A program made the position numbers and the translations under genes. A stretch of 32,672 bases of DNA from Octopus sinensis (Eukaryota), in assembly GCF_006345805.1 (NCBI RefSeq), contig NW_021832786.1:1-32672 (forward strand). The letters run 5' to 3'. The notes under the pieces were generated by a model, which was given only the letters and a program-made list of their open reading frames with translations, searched no databases and had not been told where the DNA came from. Positions 1-10,797 of the stretch are shown in pieces (the stretch's first letter is position 1; the number at the start of each line of letters is the position of its first letter).

Positions 1-177
1 CCCTTACCCCACACTTTCCGCTCTGCACATGTACCAAGTGAATGTTTGCAGTTGTCATTTTTTTTTTATTTTATGTAAAATACTCTTTTTTAAACTCATT
101 TCCATACATAAATAAATAAAATTCGACGCACAAAGAATAACACACACAAAACAATAACAAAAGTATAACAATTGTAT

Positions 178-218
178 ACTACTACTACTACTACTATTAC
201 TACTACTACTACTACTAC
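178..218. repeat. (ACT)n microsatellite
   Basis: Direct reading of the trinucleotide run. Confidence 0.95.
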
Positions 219-270
219 ATAGTAGCAGTAAAGTTTATTTTAGTGCAAAACACTATATATATATATAATG

Positions 271-496
271 TTTATTCTTTTACTTGTTTCAGTCATTTGA
301 CTTTGGCCATGCTGGAGCACTGCCTTTAGTCGAACAAATCAACACCAAGACTTATTCTTTGTAAGCCTAGTACTTATATTATCGGTCTCTTTTGCCAAAC
401 TGCTAAGTTACGGGGGATGTACCCACACCAGCATCAGTTATCGGGTGATGGTGGGAGGACAAACACAGACACACAAGCATACAAACACACACACAG

Positions 497-560
<64 letters not shown>

Positions 561-664
561 CAGTTTCCGTCTACCAAATCCACTCACAAGGTGCCATGCA
601 GTAGAACTGAACCTGGAACTATGTGGTTGGTAAGCAAGCTACTTACCACACAGCCACTCCTGTA

Positions 665-666
<2 letters not shown>
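271..666 (-). mobile_element. tRNA-derived SINE, family A, with internal (CA)/(CT)/(TA) tract and an internal deletion
   Basis: Reverse complement starts GGAGTGGCTGTGTGGTAAGTAGC (A-box-like) with GGTTCAG (B-box-like). Colinear with copies at 22560-22830, 26052-26456 and 30376-30770. Named family not verified. Confidence 0.9.
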
Positions 667-714
<48 letters not shown>

Positions 715-1140
715 TATATTACAATATGAAATTAAGTATTCATGACTTGCCATATACCACCAACACCACTACTAATACCATCATCATTATAATCATCATT
801 TACACTGTTATACTACCTGCTGCATGTGGACCAAGAAAGGAGCTTCCACTTACTATAAATAGCAGTAATATCATTCTAAAGTCACACCCTACCATTATAA
901 TAAAGGAAGGATACAATAGATAATGTTGTCCTAGATATATCTCATTGTTGAATGAATGGTTTGATGGTCATGCTTGGAACAACGTTGATCAAATAGACAT
1001 ACTTAATCGCAGCTGATCTTGAGATAATTAACAGCAATAGTAACAACGGGTGGGTACATTGGATAATGTAGTCCTAGGTGCACTATGCTTGCTGAAAGGT
1101 GTATCATACCTTTGATTATGGCCTTGCTAGATCATAATAC

Positions 1141-1292
1141 ATATTTGTTTACATTGATTCGAATTAATCATGCATTATTTCATAGCTTTGGGATTTCAAT
1201 GACATGACTGCTTATATTTTGAATGACATTGTTGGGTAGGTGTGAGAGGCAAGGTCTGGCCAGTTTGTATAGTAAACAGGTAGAATATATTT
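1141..1292 (+). mobile_element. internal fragment of the piggyBac-like MITE family
   Basis: Similar to the interior of 1609-1825 and 21125-21245 (GAATTAATC...GTAGGTGTGAGAGG...TCTGGCCAGTTT); no TIRs. Confidence 0.65.
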
Positions 1293-1608
1293 ATTAATAA
1301 TGCCTCGTGAAATACGTCTTTTATATGTATCTATAACCACATTGTTCAAAATAGGTTTTGCAGTGCAAATGTTGGCAACTGTGATGTTCTAGAATTCTGA
1401 AAAAAAATATTATTCCCCCTCACTGCAAAATGTTCCCCCACACATATCAATTCTGCATTCCCACCTTGGACCCCACTTTGCTGGCAGTCCCTCTTACTCA
1501 GGTATTTGAAATAAGGAATCCCCATCTCTTACTCGTATTCTGCGGTTTTGTTTTATCTTTATCACTGCAGCCACAAACCCACTGGTCTGTTTAAACGCTA
1601 AAATGTTA

Positions 1609-1825
1609 CCCTTTAGCATTCAGTTTACTCAGTCAAATGTGATGCCTATTTGTTCACGTTATTTTGAATTAATCTTATATGATCTTATAGCACTGAAATT
1701 TTGATCCAGTTGTTTATTTTTAGACTGACATTGTAGTGTAGGTGTGAGAGGTTGGATCTGTCCTGTTTGAACATAAACCAAATAAGATATTTTGACCAGA
1801 TATGGCTGGTTTATGTGCTAAAGGG
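1609..1825 (+). mobile_element. piggyBac-like MITE
   Basis: 10-bp TIRs CCCTTTAGCA (1609) and TGCTAAAGGG (ends 1825) with degenerate TTAA flanks. The related copy at 20170-21245 has TTAA on both sides. Confidence 0.75.
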
Positions 1826-2005
1826 TTTATCATAGATTTGCTTGATCAAAGCTACTCTGGAGCCAAACGACCTCTGTTGTGAAGAGAAAGAAAGAGATAG
1901 AGTGTAATAGTGTTTTTTTTGTTCTTTGCTGTTTCATCACCCACCATTCTAACATGGCTTTCCCTATAACTGACATGCTCATACAACATCAACTAGAAAA
2001 ATCAC

Positions 2006-2165
2006 AGTGGCTATGTGGTTAAGCTGCTCACTTCAGAACCGCATAATTTGGGGTTCAATCCTACTGCACGGTACTTTCTTAGGCAAGTGTCTCCTACTAT
2101 AGCCTCAAGCCAACCAATGCCTTGTGAGTGAATCTGGGTGCCTAAAACTTAAAGAAGCCTTTGAT
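2006..2165 (+). mobile_element. SINE family A, 5' half, diverged
   Basis: GTGGCTATGTGGTTAAG...GGTTCAATCC...GGCAAGTGTCTCCTACTATAGCCTC matches the family A head and body. Confidence 0.8.
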
Positions 2166-2726
2166 GTGCGTGCATGTGTGTGTGTGTACACATGTATTTT
2201 TTTATATTTTTAGTCAACAAAAAATGCAAAGAAGATCAAGAACCAAGAATTTCATAAATGATACTTAGCTTGGTGTCTTGCACAAAACTCTCGGGTCTTG
2301 AGTCACTTTGTAACTTCAGCCAATTAAAAATTGGAAAAAAGGAAAAGGATACACACACACACACACACACACATACACACACATGTTGTGTCTGGAGTTC
2401 TTTTTTCCTGTTTGTATTAACTGACATACGTATATGTGTGTGTGTGACGCTTTGTGTTTGTCCCTTCACAGCTTTACAACCAGTGTCGGTCTGCTTACAT
2501 CCCTATAACTGAGTATTTTCACATAAATTAAAACATTACATAAAAAAAAATTCATGTCAATTTATGTTTCAAACATCAGATGAACAACAAAATTAATTAT
2601 ATTAAATTTGCGATTATTTTCAAAATTAAATTTAAAAGCAGTATATTTCAGTCGAGTATGATAACAAAAGGGTCAAGTACCCAACTCACCCCTAATGTCA
2701 TGACAACACACCATGACTCATTTGAG

Positions 2727-3056
2727 CAGGGGTTCTCAACCACTTTTTATCTATGGACCCCTTTGATTACTATTTTATTCTGGTGGACCCCTGTAGCCAT
2801 TTGATGCTTAAAAACAAGTTTTATAGAAACTTCTTTCCAAATTCCTATTTTGTTTTCCACATATTAACTTATGTAGGTTGAACTATGGAAAATGTTGGAG
2901 AAAGAAACCCAGCTGTTTCTTGCAATATATACCAATACATACAACTAAAGCAGAATATTTTCAGGGGCCCTTAAAATACTTTTGTAGATTCCCAATTTAC
3001 TAATTTGTTGCGTGGACACCCAAAGATCTTATATGGACCCCGGTTGAGGACCATTG
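2727..3056 (+). mobile_element. hAT (Charlie-like) MITE
   Basis: TIRs CAGGGGTTCTCAACC / GGTTGAGGACCATTG. Flanks ATTTGAG and ATTTAAG(G) resemble a decayed 8-bp TSD. Confidence 0.75.
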
Positions 3057-3239
3057 ATTTAAGGGTTGAGGGTTCAAGGGCATAAAAGGAGGACAATACT
3101 CCCTTCTAAAATGTGAGTAGTTTTGTGGCTCCTCCTCTACAGGAAGAAATTCATTTTGCTCTGGCCCCTCTTTTGCCCCTCATCTCCTAGCATAAAGTTG
3201 CCCCCAGAAACAACCACCAGGATTTGTAGTTTTGCAAAT

Positions 3240-3397
3240 GTAGGTGGCATGATAGCAGCACCACATTATACTCTAAAGTGGTCGGTGTTAGGAAGAGTAT
3301 CCAGCCATAGAAACCATGATAAAGCAGATACTGGAGCATGACGAAGTCCTTAGGTCCATTGGATCTTTCAAATCATTCAATCCATGTCAGCAGGGAA
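3240..3397 (+). mobile_element. old RTE-type 3' tail fragment
   Basis: GGTGGCATGATAGCAGCACC...GTGGTCGGTGTTAGGAAGAGTATCC matches the RTE 3' end seen at 3398-3600; lies tail-to-tail with it. Confidence 0.65.
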
Positions 3398-3685
3398 CAT
3401 CATCATCATCATCATCGTCGTTTAACGTCCGTTCTCCATGCTAGCATGGGTTGGACGGTTCGACCGGGGTTCTGGGAAGCCAGAAGGCTGCACCAGGCTC
3501 CAGTCTAATTTGGCAATGTTTCTACAGCTGGATGCCCTTCCTAACGCCAACCACTCCGTGAGTGTAGTGGGTGCTTTTTACGTGCCACCTGCACAGGTGC
3601 CAGGCGGGGCTGGCAACGGCCACGGTCAGATTGGTGTATTTTATGTGCCACCGGCACGGAAGCCAGTCGAGGCGGTGCTGGCATC

Positions 3686-4143
3686 GGCCACGAGTCGGAT
3701 AGTGCTTTTTACGTACCACCAGACCAGGGATCCTGGCTGGTTCAATTCGATTTCGATTTCGCTTGCCCCAACATGTCTTCACAAGCAAAGGGGGTTGGCA
3801 AGGGTGCCTGTCGTACGGTCGCATTGGAGTATTTTACGTGCCACGGCCACGAGTCGGATAGTGCTTTTTACGTACCACCAGACCAGGGATCCTGGCTGGT
3901 TCAATTCGATTTCGATTTCGCTTGCCCCAACATGTCTTCACAAGCAAAGGGGGTTGGCATGGGTGCCTGTCGTATGGTCGCATTGGAGTATTTTACGTGC
4001 CACGGCCACGAGTCGGATAGTGCTTTTTACGTACCACCAGGCCAGGGATCCTGGCTGGTTCAATTCGGTTTCGATCTCGATTTCGATTTCGCTTGCCCCA
4101 ACATGTCTTCGCAAGCATGGGGGGTTGGCATGGGTGTCTGTCG
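3686..4143. repeat. 159-bp tandem repeat (~2.9 copies) inside the RTE 3' UTR
   Basis: GGCCACGAGTCGGATAG starts at 3686, 3845 and 4004. Confidence 0.95.
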
Positions 4144-4227
4144 TCGGATGAGGTTCTATATCGACTTCGCTTGCCTCAACCGGTCTTTGTGTCCAAGGGA
4201 GGAAAGGCATTCATAAGTGGGCTGGGC

Positions 4228-4803
4228 TCACTTGTCCTGCCTGGTCTTCTCACGTACAGAATATTTCCAAAGGTCTCGGTCTCTGGTCATTTCCTCAGTG
4301 AGGCCTAAAGTTCGAAGGTCGTGCTTCACCACCTCGTCCCAGGTTTTCCTGGGTCTACCTCTTCCACGGGTTCCCTCAACTGCTAGGGATTGGCACTTTC
4401 TCACACACCTATCTTCATCCATTCTCGCCACATGACCATACCAGCGCAATCGTCTCTCTTGCACACCACAACTGATGCTTCTTAGGTACAACATTTCTCT
4501 CAAGGTGCTAACGCTCTGTCGAGTATGTACACTGACATTACACATCCATCGGAGCATACTGGCTTCATTCCTCACGAGCTTACGCATGTCCTCAGCAGTC
4601 ACAGCCCATGTTTTGCTGCCATGTAGCATGGCTGTTCGTACACACGCATCATACAGTCTGCCTTTTACTCTGAGCGAGAGGCCTTTAGTCACCAGCAGAG
4701 GTAAGAGCTCCCTAAACTTTGCCCAGGCTATTCTTATTCTAGCAGTTACACTTTCAGCGCACCCACCCCCACTACTGACTTGGTCACCTAGATAACGGAA
4801 TGA
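4228..4803 (-). pseudogene. C-terminal ~190 aa of RTE reverse transcriptase ORF, uninterrupted but 5'-truncated
   Basis: Motifs SFRYLG, AWAKF, RLRWYGHVARM and GRGRPRKTW are typical of RTE/BovB-like ORF2 C-termini. The track's MPKFEIIIII start comes from flanking (ATT)n sequence. Confidence 0.92.
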
Positions 4804-5263
4804 ATAAATAATAATAATAATTTCAAATTTTGGCACAAGGCCAGCAAGTTCAGGGAGGGGTGCTAGTCGATTACATCTTCGAAAGGTGGCGAGCTGGCAG
4901 AATCATTAGCACGCCGGGTGAAATGCTTACCAGTATTTCGTCTGCCGCTGCGTTCTGAGTTCAAATTCCGCCGAGGTTGACTTTGCCTTTCATCCTTTCG
5001 GGGTCGATAAATTAAGTAGCAGTTACGCACTGGAGTCGATATAATCGACTTAATCCGTTTGTCTGTCCTTGTTTGTCCTCTCTGTGTTTAGCCCCTTGTG
5101 GGTTGTAAAGAAATAGGTTACATTGACTCGAGTACATAACTGGTACTTAAGGATGAAAGGCAAAGTCGAACTCAGCAGAATTTAAACTCAGAACGTAAGG
5201 ATGGATGAAATGTCACAAAGCAATTTGCTCAGCGTGCTAACAATTCTGCCAGCTCACTGCCTT
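4804..5263 (-). mobile_element. older SINE family B copy with (ATT)n tail, interrupted by a younger copy
   Basis: Head at 5263-5125 and tail at 4877-4804 together match the uninterrupted copy at 29019-29258. Confidence 0.8.
4878..5117 (+). mobile_element. tRNA-derived SINE family B, nested insertion
   Basis: A-box-like TGGCAGAATC, B-box GAGTTCAAATTCC; TSD TTACAT at 4871-4876 and 5118-5123; near-identical to 22139-22367. Confidence 0.9.
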
Positions 5264-5462
5264 GATGATGATAATAATAATAATGATGATGAGGAAGAGG
5301 AGAATAATGTCAGATGGGAAGGGCTGTTGTCATGAACCTTGTAGGATCTCTGAGATTGATAGGGAGAGGGGACCTTAAACTGTATTAGTTTCTCAGTAAA
5401 CAATACATGAAGATATTGAGTTTCGCTCAGCCTGGGGACCCTGGAAACCCTGGAAACCCTAG

Positions 5463-5625
5463 AGATCTGACTCAAATGCTTATAACAAGAACAGGTCTTT
5501 GGTAAAATCACTGAAAGCTGTGCGGCAGTGTCGAGCCAGGAAAAAGGGGTTATATCTATTCAACCAAGACAATGCCCCCATTTACAGCAGGATTTGATTG
5601 AGATATTATTTGAGAATTAAGTGTT
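5463..5625 (+). pseudogene. possible decayed Tc1/mariner transposase fragment
   Basis: Frame reads DSNAY...YLFNQDNAPIYS, resembling the FxQDNAPxH second-aspartate motif. Flanked by stops; no TIRs seen. Confidence 0.4.
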
Positions 5626-5774
5626 TTTGGCAAGGGTCATAAATGCAGCAATGGTGATGATGAGATAGAAACTGTAGACATTTTTTTCTGTCGTCTTATG
5701 TGTGCCAGTATTTCACCCTATTGTTTTGGCCAGTTGCCATTCTCTCATTCTCGCTCCTTGTACAGCTCTGTAAC

Positions 5775-6062
5775 ATTCTGTGTGTGAGTGTGTGTGTGTG
5801 TGTTCTGTGTGTGTGTGTGTGTGTATTCTGTGTGTGTGTTGTCTGTGTGTGTGTGTTGTCTGTCTGTGTGTGTGTGTTGTCTGTGTGTGTGTGTGTATGT
5901 CGTCTGTGTGTATGTGTGTGTTGTCTGTGTGTGATCTGTGTGTGTTTGTGTGTGTTGTCAGTGTGTGTCGTCTGTGTGTGCACATTTGTGTATGTGCACA
6001 TTCATGTGTGTATGTGCATATGTGCATGCTAGTGTGATTGTACATGTGTGTTAGTGCATTTG

Positions 6063-6102
<40 letters not shown>
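5775..6102. repeat. compound (TG)n microsatellite
   Basis: Direct reading; source of the CV/HT ORFs. Confidence 0.95.
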
Positions 6103-6105
<3 letters not shown>

Positions 6106-6335
6106 TGGAGAGAGAGAGATCAAATGTGACTGTGACATTGTATTTTTAACTCCAGATCTAGAAAATCAAAAATGTTCTTTGAATAAGAAAATATCAAAGA
6201 TAAAAACACAGGAGGTGAACAGACAGAAAGTTCCAAATAAAATTCCAGAGTCAATATGTAATAAAAAAAAAAAAACAAACAAAAAAAAAAGCATATCACA
6301 TGTTAAATATAGAATTTTCTATTCTAATTTAAACA

Positions 6336-6660
6336 ATACCACCAGCCACCACTATCACCACTACTACTGCTGCCATCATCATCACCACTCAACCACACTC
6401 ACTACCACCATTACCACCACAACCACTTCCATCACTATCATCATCTTCTTCCCCACCTGAACCACCACCACCACCACCATCATCACCTCCATATCAACCA
6501 CCATCTCTATCACTACCACCACTGCCACCACCATCTTCTCCTCAGCCACCACTGTCATCACCACCTGTGCCACCACCAACCGCTTCCAGTACCCAACCAA
6601 CACTACCATCATCACCATCATCAATAATACCATCAGCAACAGCGACACTAACAGAGAAGC
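6336..6660. repeat. (ACC/ATC/ACT) low-complexity tract
   Basis: Direct reading. Confidence 0.9.
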
Positions 6661-6664
6661 CAAC

Positions 6665-7085
6665 AAGGGGTCCTGTATATGGTCACTCAGCCTGCTGGAA
6701 ATAGCAGCCAAACCCTCTGCTCCCTCCCTCCCTCCATCTGCACCCTACTATTTTTAAGAAGGGAAATAACATAGTGTGGCCATGGAAAACAAAATTCAGG
6801 ATGGTCATGGTTAGAACACTTTAAGATCTTAAGCTTCCTGAATCAGCAACAACTGCAACTACACCATACTCTTCTAGATGGTTCATTTGATCTGCTGAAA
6901 ACAGCAGCTAAAATTCCTTCAAATCAAACTGCACACATGCAACTTTCTTGAAAAAAAAAAGAAAGGAAGGACATATTTAAGAAGATGCAGTTGTAGACAC
7001 GCGATGTATGAAAAATAAGACATGGGTGTCGTGGTTGGAATTTCTTTCATGGAAAAGTCAGGTCAATCTGGCCGTAAACAGCAGC
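6665..7085 (+). mobile_element. unclassified interspersed repeat, related copy at ~8030-8250
   Basis: ATGGTCACTCANCNTGCTNGAAATAGCAGC at 6679-6708 and 8045-8074 (27/30 identical); weaker matches near 23020 (minus) and 24600. Confidence 0.55.
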
Positions 7086-7184
7086 ACGAATAAGTTACAA
7101 ACACTACTGCCTATACTACCACCAACAGCATCAGTCACTAGTACTGTTGTACTAACAGCACTGACACCACCAGAATCATCATCA

Positions 7185-7228
7185 TCAACTACTATTATTT
7201 ACTCCTACTGTTATTGCTGCTGCTGCTG

Positions 7229-7264
<36 letters not shown>

Positions 7265-8020
7265 TTACTACTACTACTACTACTGTAGCTTCTATTACTA
7301 CTACTACTACTGTAGCTTCTACTATTACTACTTCCTTTACTACTGCTACTACTATTACTACTGTTGCTTGTACTACTACTACTACTACTACAGCTACTGT
7401 AGCTTCTACTGCTGCTACTACTACTTCTTTTACTACTGCTACTACTATTACTGTTGTTGCTTCTATTACTACTACTACTACTACTGCTACACTACTACTA
7501 CTTGCTTTTACCACTACAACTACTACTATAACTACTACCTATTTACTTGCCTACCTACCTTGAATACCTGTACTACTACTACTACTACCATAGCTAACAC
7601 CTTATAAACTACCTCATCATATCTTCACCACCTCCACACACACACACATACACTACCACCATCACCTCCCACGCAAACAACTTTACCGCTACCATCATCC
7701 CTACGAACAAACAACCTCACCTCTACTGCCAACACCACAAATTTCCAACTTCACCAACACTACCAACATTACTACCACCAACACTACCATCACCACCACC
7801 ACTACCACTAATAACAACACTACAAACCTCTGCACCATCACATATATCACACTACTAACTTTACTGCCACCAACACCACCATCACCAACTTTGCCCTCAC
7901 TATTTGGAGCACCACCACCTCCATCATCAACACCTGCACTGAAACCATTACCCCACCACCACCACCACCACAACATCATACACTCTCAACATCATCATCA
8001 CCACCGCCACTACCACCACC
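7185..8020. repeat. (CTA)n / (CAC)n degenerate trinucleotide tracts
   Basis: Direct reading; source of the poly-Y and poly-V ORFs. Confidence 0.93.
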
Positions 8021-8799
8021 AGGAACCAGCTAAGAAGCCTCAACATGGTCACTCAACTTGCTAGAAATAGCAGCAAGATATCCCTTCCCACCCCCACCAC
8101 ACCCCCAACTACACCTTACCATCCTAGAAAAAAAAGAAAAAGACATACCGAATTATGAAGTTTAGGGTACCCTGCACATAGGGTACCCTGAACATAAGGT
8201 ACCCAGCATAGCTGGAAAGACTTTGATCATATACCAACTGGATCGGGCCTGATACAGCGCCAAAGAACAACTACCACCACTACCACCACATTCTCCACCT
8301 TCATCAACCTCATCACCACCACCACCACCACCACCACCGCTTTCTGAAAACTAGTTTCTTTCATTTAATAGACAATTGCAGTGAACCACGATTTCTATTA
8401 ATGATGAAATTTGTGTCTCCACATTCAATTTGTTTTGTACTTAGATAATTATTATATTTTTTTTCTCTCCATAAATTCTGTTTTATTGATTCATGTATCT
8501 TTCAAGATATGATTTCCATTTCTAGATAAATTGAGAAAAAAAAATAAATAAATAATAAAAGATAACAGTAATAATAATAAGAATAATAATGTTAAATATA
8601 ATGATGATAAAAATAATAAAAATAATAATTAGCCTAGCATTCGATTTTAATTTCTTAATTTACTTACCTATTCTAAGACATTTGTTATGCTATAAAAAAC
8701 TAGTGTTGTGTCATGTTATATACACACACACGCACACACACACACATATGCATATGTGTTTATGCATATATAAATGTGTATGTGTGTTGGAAATATAGT

Positions 8800-8960
8800 T
8801 GCTGACACAGCTGTATTGTTAAGAAGTTTACTTGAGAATCATGTGATTTTTTTTAGTTCAACCTAATTGAATGGCACCTTGGGCGAGTGTTTTCTACTAC
8901 AACCCTGGGTCAATTAATGTCTTGTGAGTAAATTTGATAGAAAGGAACTGTGTAGAAGCT

Positions 8961-8965
<5 letters not shown>
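8800..8965 (+). mobile_element. SINE family A, diverged 5' half ending in (TA)n
   Basis: GGCACCTTGGGCGAGTGTTTTCTACTAC...CTTGTGAGTAAATTTG matches the family A body. Confidence 0.75.
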
Positions 8966-9012
<47 letters not shown>

Positions 9013-9049
9013 TTACCAACATCGTTGTGATCGTTACCAATGTTGCTTC

Positions 9050-9312
9050 ACTGGCACCAGTAAAAAGATTCGAGCGAGGTCATTGCCAGTACCGCCTGAC
9101 TGGCCCTCGTGTAGGTGGCACATAAAAAGCACCCACTACACTCTCGGAGTGGTTGGCGTTAGGAAAGGCATCCAGCTGTAGAAACTCTGCCAGATCAAGA
9201 CTGGAGCCTGGTGCAGCCATCTGGTTGCCAGCCCTCAGTCAAAACCGTCCAATCCATGCTAGCATGGAAAACGGACGTTAAATATGATGATGATGATAAT
9301 GATGATGATGAT
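9050..9312 (+). mobile_element. RTE 3' end fragment with (GAT)n tail
   Basis: GGTGGCACATAAAAAGCACCCACTACACTC...GGACGTTAAATATGATGATG; closely matches the reverse complement of 20806-21085. Confidence 0.88.
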
Positions 9313-9338
9313 ATATATATATATATATATATATACAT

Positions 9339-9700
9339 AATACAAAATGGGACAAGAATGCAAAACATCCGGACAGCCAGGCGACACAAAAAGGGGCAAC
9401 AAAACATCCAGATAGACGATACAAAGAAAGCAAGGACGGGTCATTCGAAGCTCCCCCTCTTCAGTCAAGCACTAGACTATCTTTGCAATTTCGGCTGATT
9501 ATTCTTGAGATTGCTCCAATCTGGCCAGCCCCAAGGAAAAACCAGGCCAAGAGCATCAGATTCCCTGGAAGAAAGCAGTGAATGCACACAAAAACAAGGA
9601 CGGAATAAACAGATAATGTTACACAAATGTAAATACAATAAGAATAATAACAGGACATAGCAACAGGTGTCTTTTAACTAAGGACGTATTGAATTAAGCT
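9339..9700. mobile_element. unclassified repeat family F abutting (TA)n; second copy at 14566-14713
   Basis: AATACAAAATGGGACAAGAA...TTTGCAATTTCGGCT shared between 9339-9496 and 14566-14713; both start directly after a (TA)n tract. Confidence 0.7.
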
Positions 9701-9933
9701 GGCGAGTGTGGAAATGAAGCCTTAGCGGCGTACATATACTTTGTTCTCTTATATAATATATATCATATTACTTTAATTTATGCTATGCATTCACTGAACT
9801 ATAGCCAAACCCATCGACCAGTTGTAACCCAGAAATATTTTCCCTCCACTGTCAGTATGGCCAATGTCCTACAGGCAACAACAATATACCAAGCAAAACT
9901 TAGTATATGTAACAAAGTATCTTATTTAAAACA

Positions 9934-10039
9934 TGACACCTGATGAAATGCAGCCTGCAAAGGTGGATACAACACAACTAGATGTGCAATATCCCACACG
10001 TAAGGGATGGATACAGGATGTGTTGAAACAATCGTGTTG
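9934..10039 (+). ncRNA. type I hammerhead ribozyme motif with extended helix II (Penelope-like pLTR remnant)
   Basis: Helix I GACAC (9935-39) / GTGTT (10034-38); core CTGATGA (9940-46); helix II AATGCAGCCTG / CAGGATGTGTT; GAAA (10025-28); triplet ATC (10031-33); AATAAA at 10040. Confidence 0.75.
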
Positions 10040-10797
10040 AATAAAAATTCTTGCTAATTCCATTTCCTTGTTTCCTAATTCATTACAAACTCAGTGAACA
10101 CTGTGGAATTCCCGTCATAAATCCAGTGATAATTATACCATAACTGTAGGTAACATCAGGTAGCCTAAATGGTGTAAGTGCTTTGATCGGCACACTACTA
10201 GACATATACCCAAAGTTCAAATAATTACTTTTGTGAGTATGTGTGTATGCATACATGCATGTTTGTGTTCTCCCACTGCATTCACAACCAGTGTTGGTTT
10301 GTTTACATTCCTATAACTTAGTGTTTTGGCAAATCAGACTGACAGAATAAGTACTGGGGTCAATTTGTTCAGCTAACCTTACAAGGCAATGCTCCAGCCT
10401 GTGTGTGTGTGTGTGTGTGCGTGTGTTCATGTGTATTTTTTTCGTTCTTTCAGTCAGTGGACTATGTCTATCTAGGAATATCACTTTCCAAAGTTTTAGT
10501 TGATCATATTGACATCATTATTTGTTTTAGTCTTGTATTTATTTTATCAATCTATATTTATCAGATTGCTAAGTTGCAAAGTATGAGCAGATACAGAACA
10601 ACACCAGCTTTCAGACTAGTATAACAAACACCAGCTAGGACAGACGTGTATATGGATGTAGATAAGAAATTAGACACAGTTGATGAAAACAAATAAAAGA
10701 CAGAGTAAATGAGGAAATAACCCTCATCAGCTCTGCCTCTAATGATTTACATGGTTTCAATATATTAGACAGATCTGCTACCTGTGTAGCATGAACA

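Larger units (their letters stand above)
3398..4803 (-). mobile_element. 5'-truncated RTE-clade non-LTR retrotransposon with ~830-bp 3' UTR and (GAT)n tail
   Basis: RT C-terminal ORF to a stop at 4228, then a UTR ending GGACGTTAAACGACGATGATGATG on the minus strand. Confidence 0.93.

Noticed and set aside
3438-4216. 237-aa and 147-aa plus-strand ORFs with a 53-aa repeat
   Set aside because: Antisense to the RTE 3' UTR; kept open by the 159-bp (53-codon) period.
7008-7979. Poly-Tyr/Cys and poly-Val ORFs
   Set aside because: Translations of (CTA)n and (CAC)n tracts.
9455-9500. Type II hammerhead reading (GAAA...NTC...CTGANGA) in family F
   Set aside because: Helix I and helix II do not pair consistently in either copy (here or 14670-14713).
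10696-10740. Minus-strand CTGATGA with a 10-bp flanking helix, resembling a hammerhead
   Set aside because: There is no GAAA; the opposite strand (TCATTTA) pairs with the core, so it is a plain imperfect hairpin.
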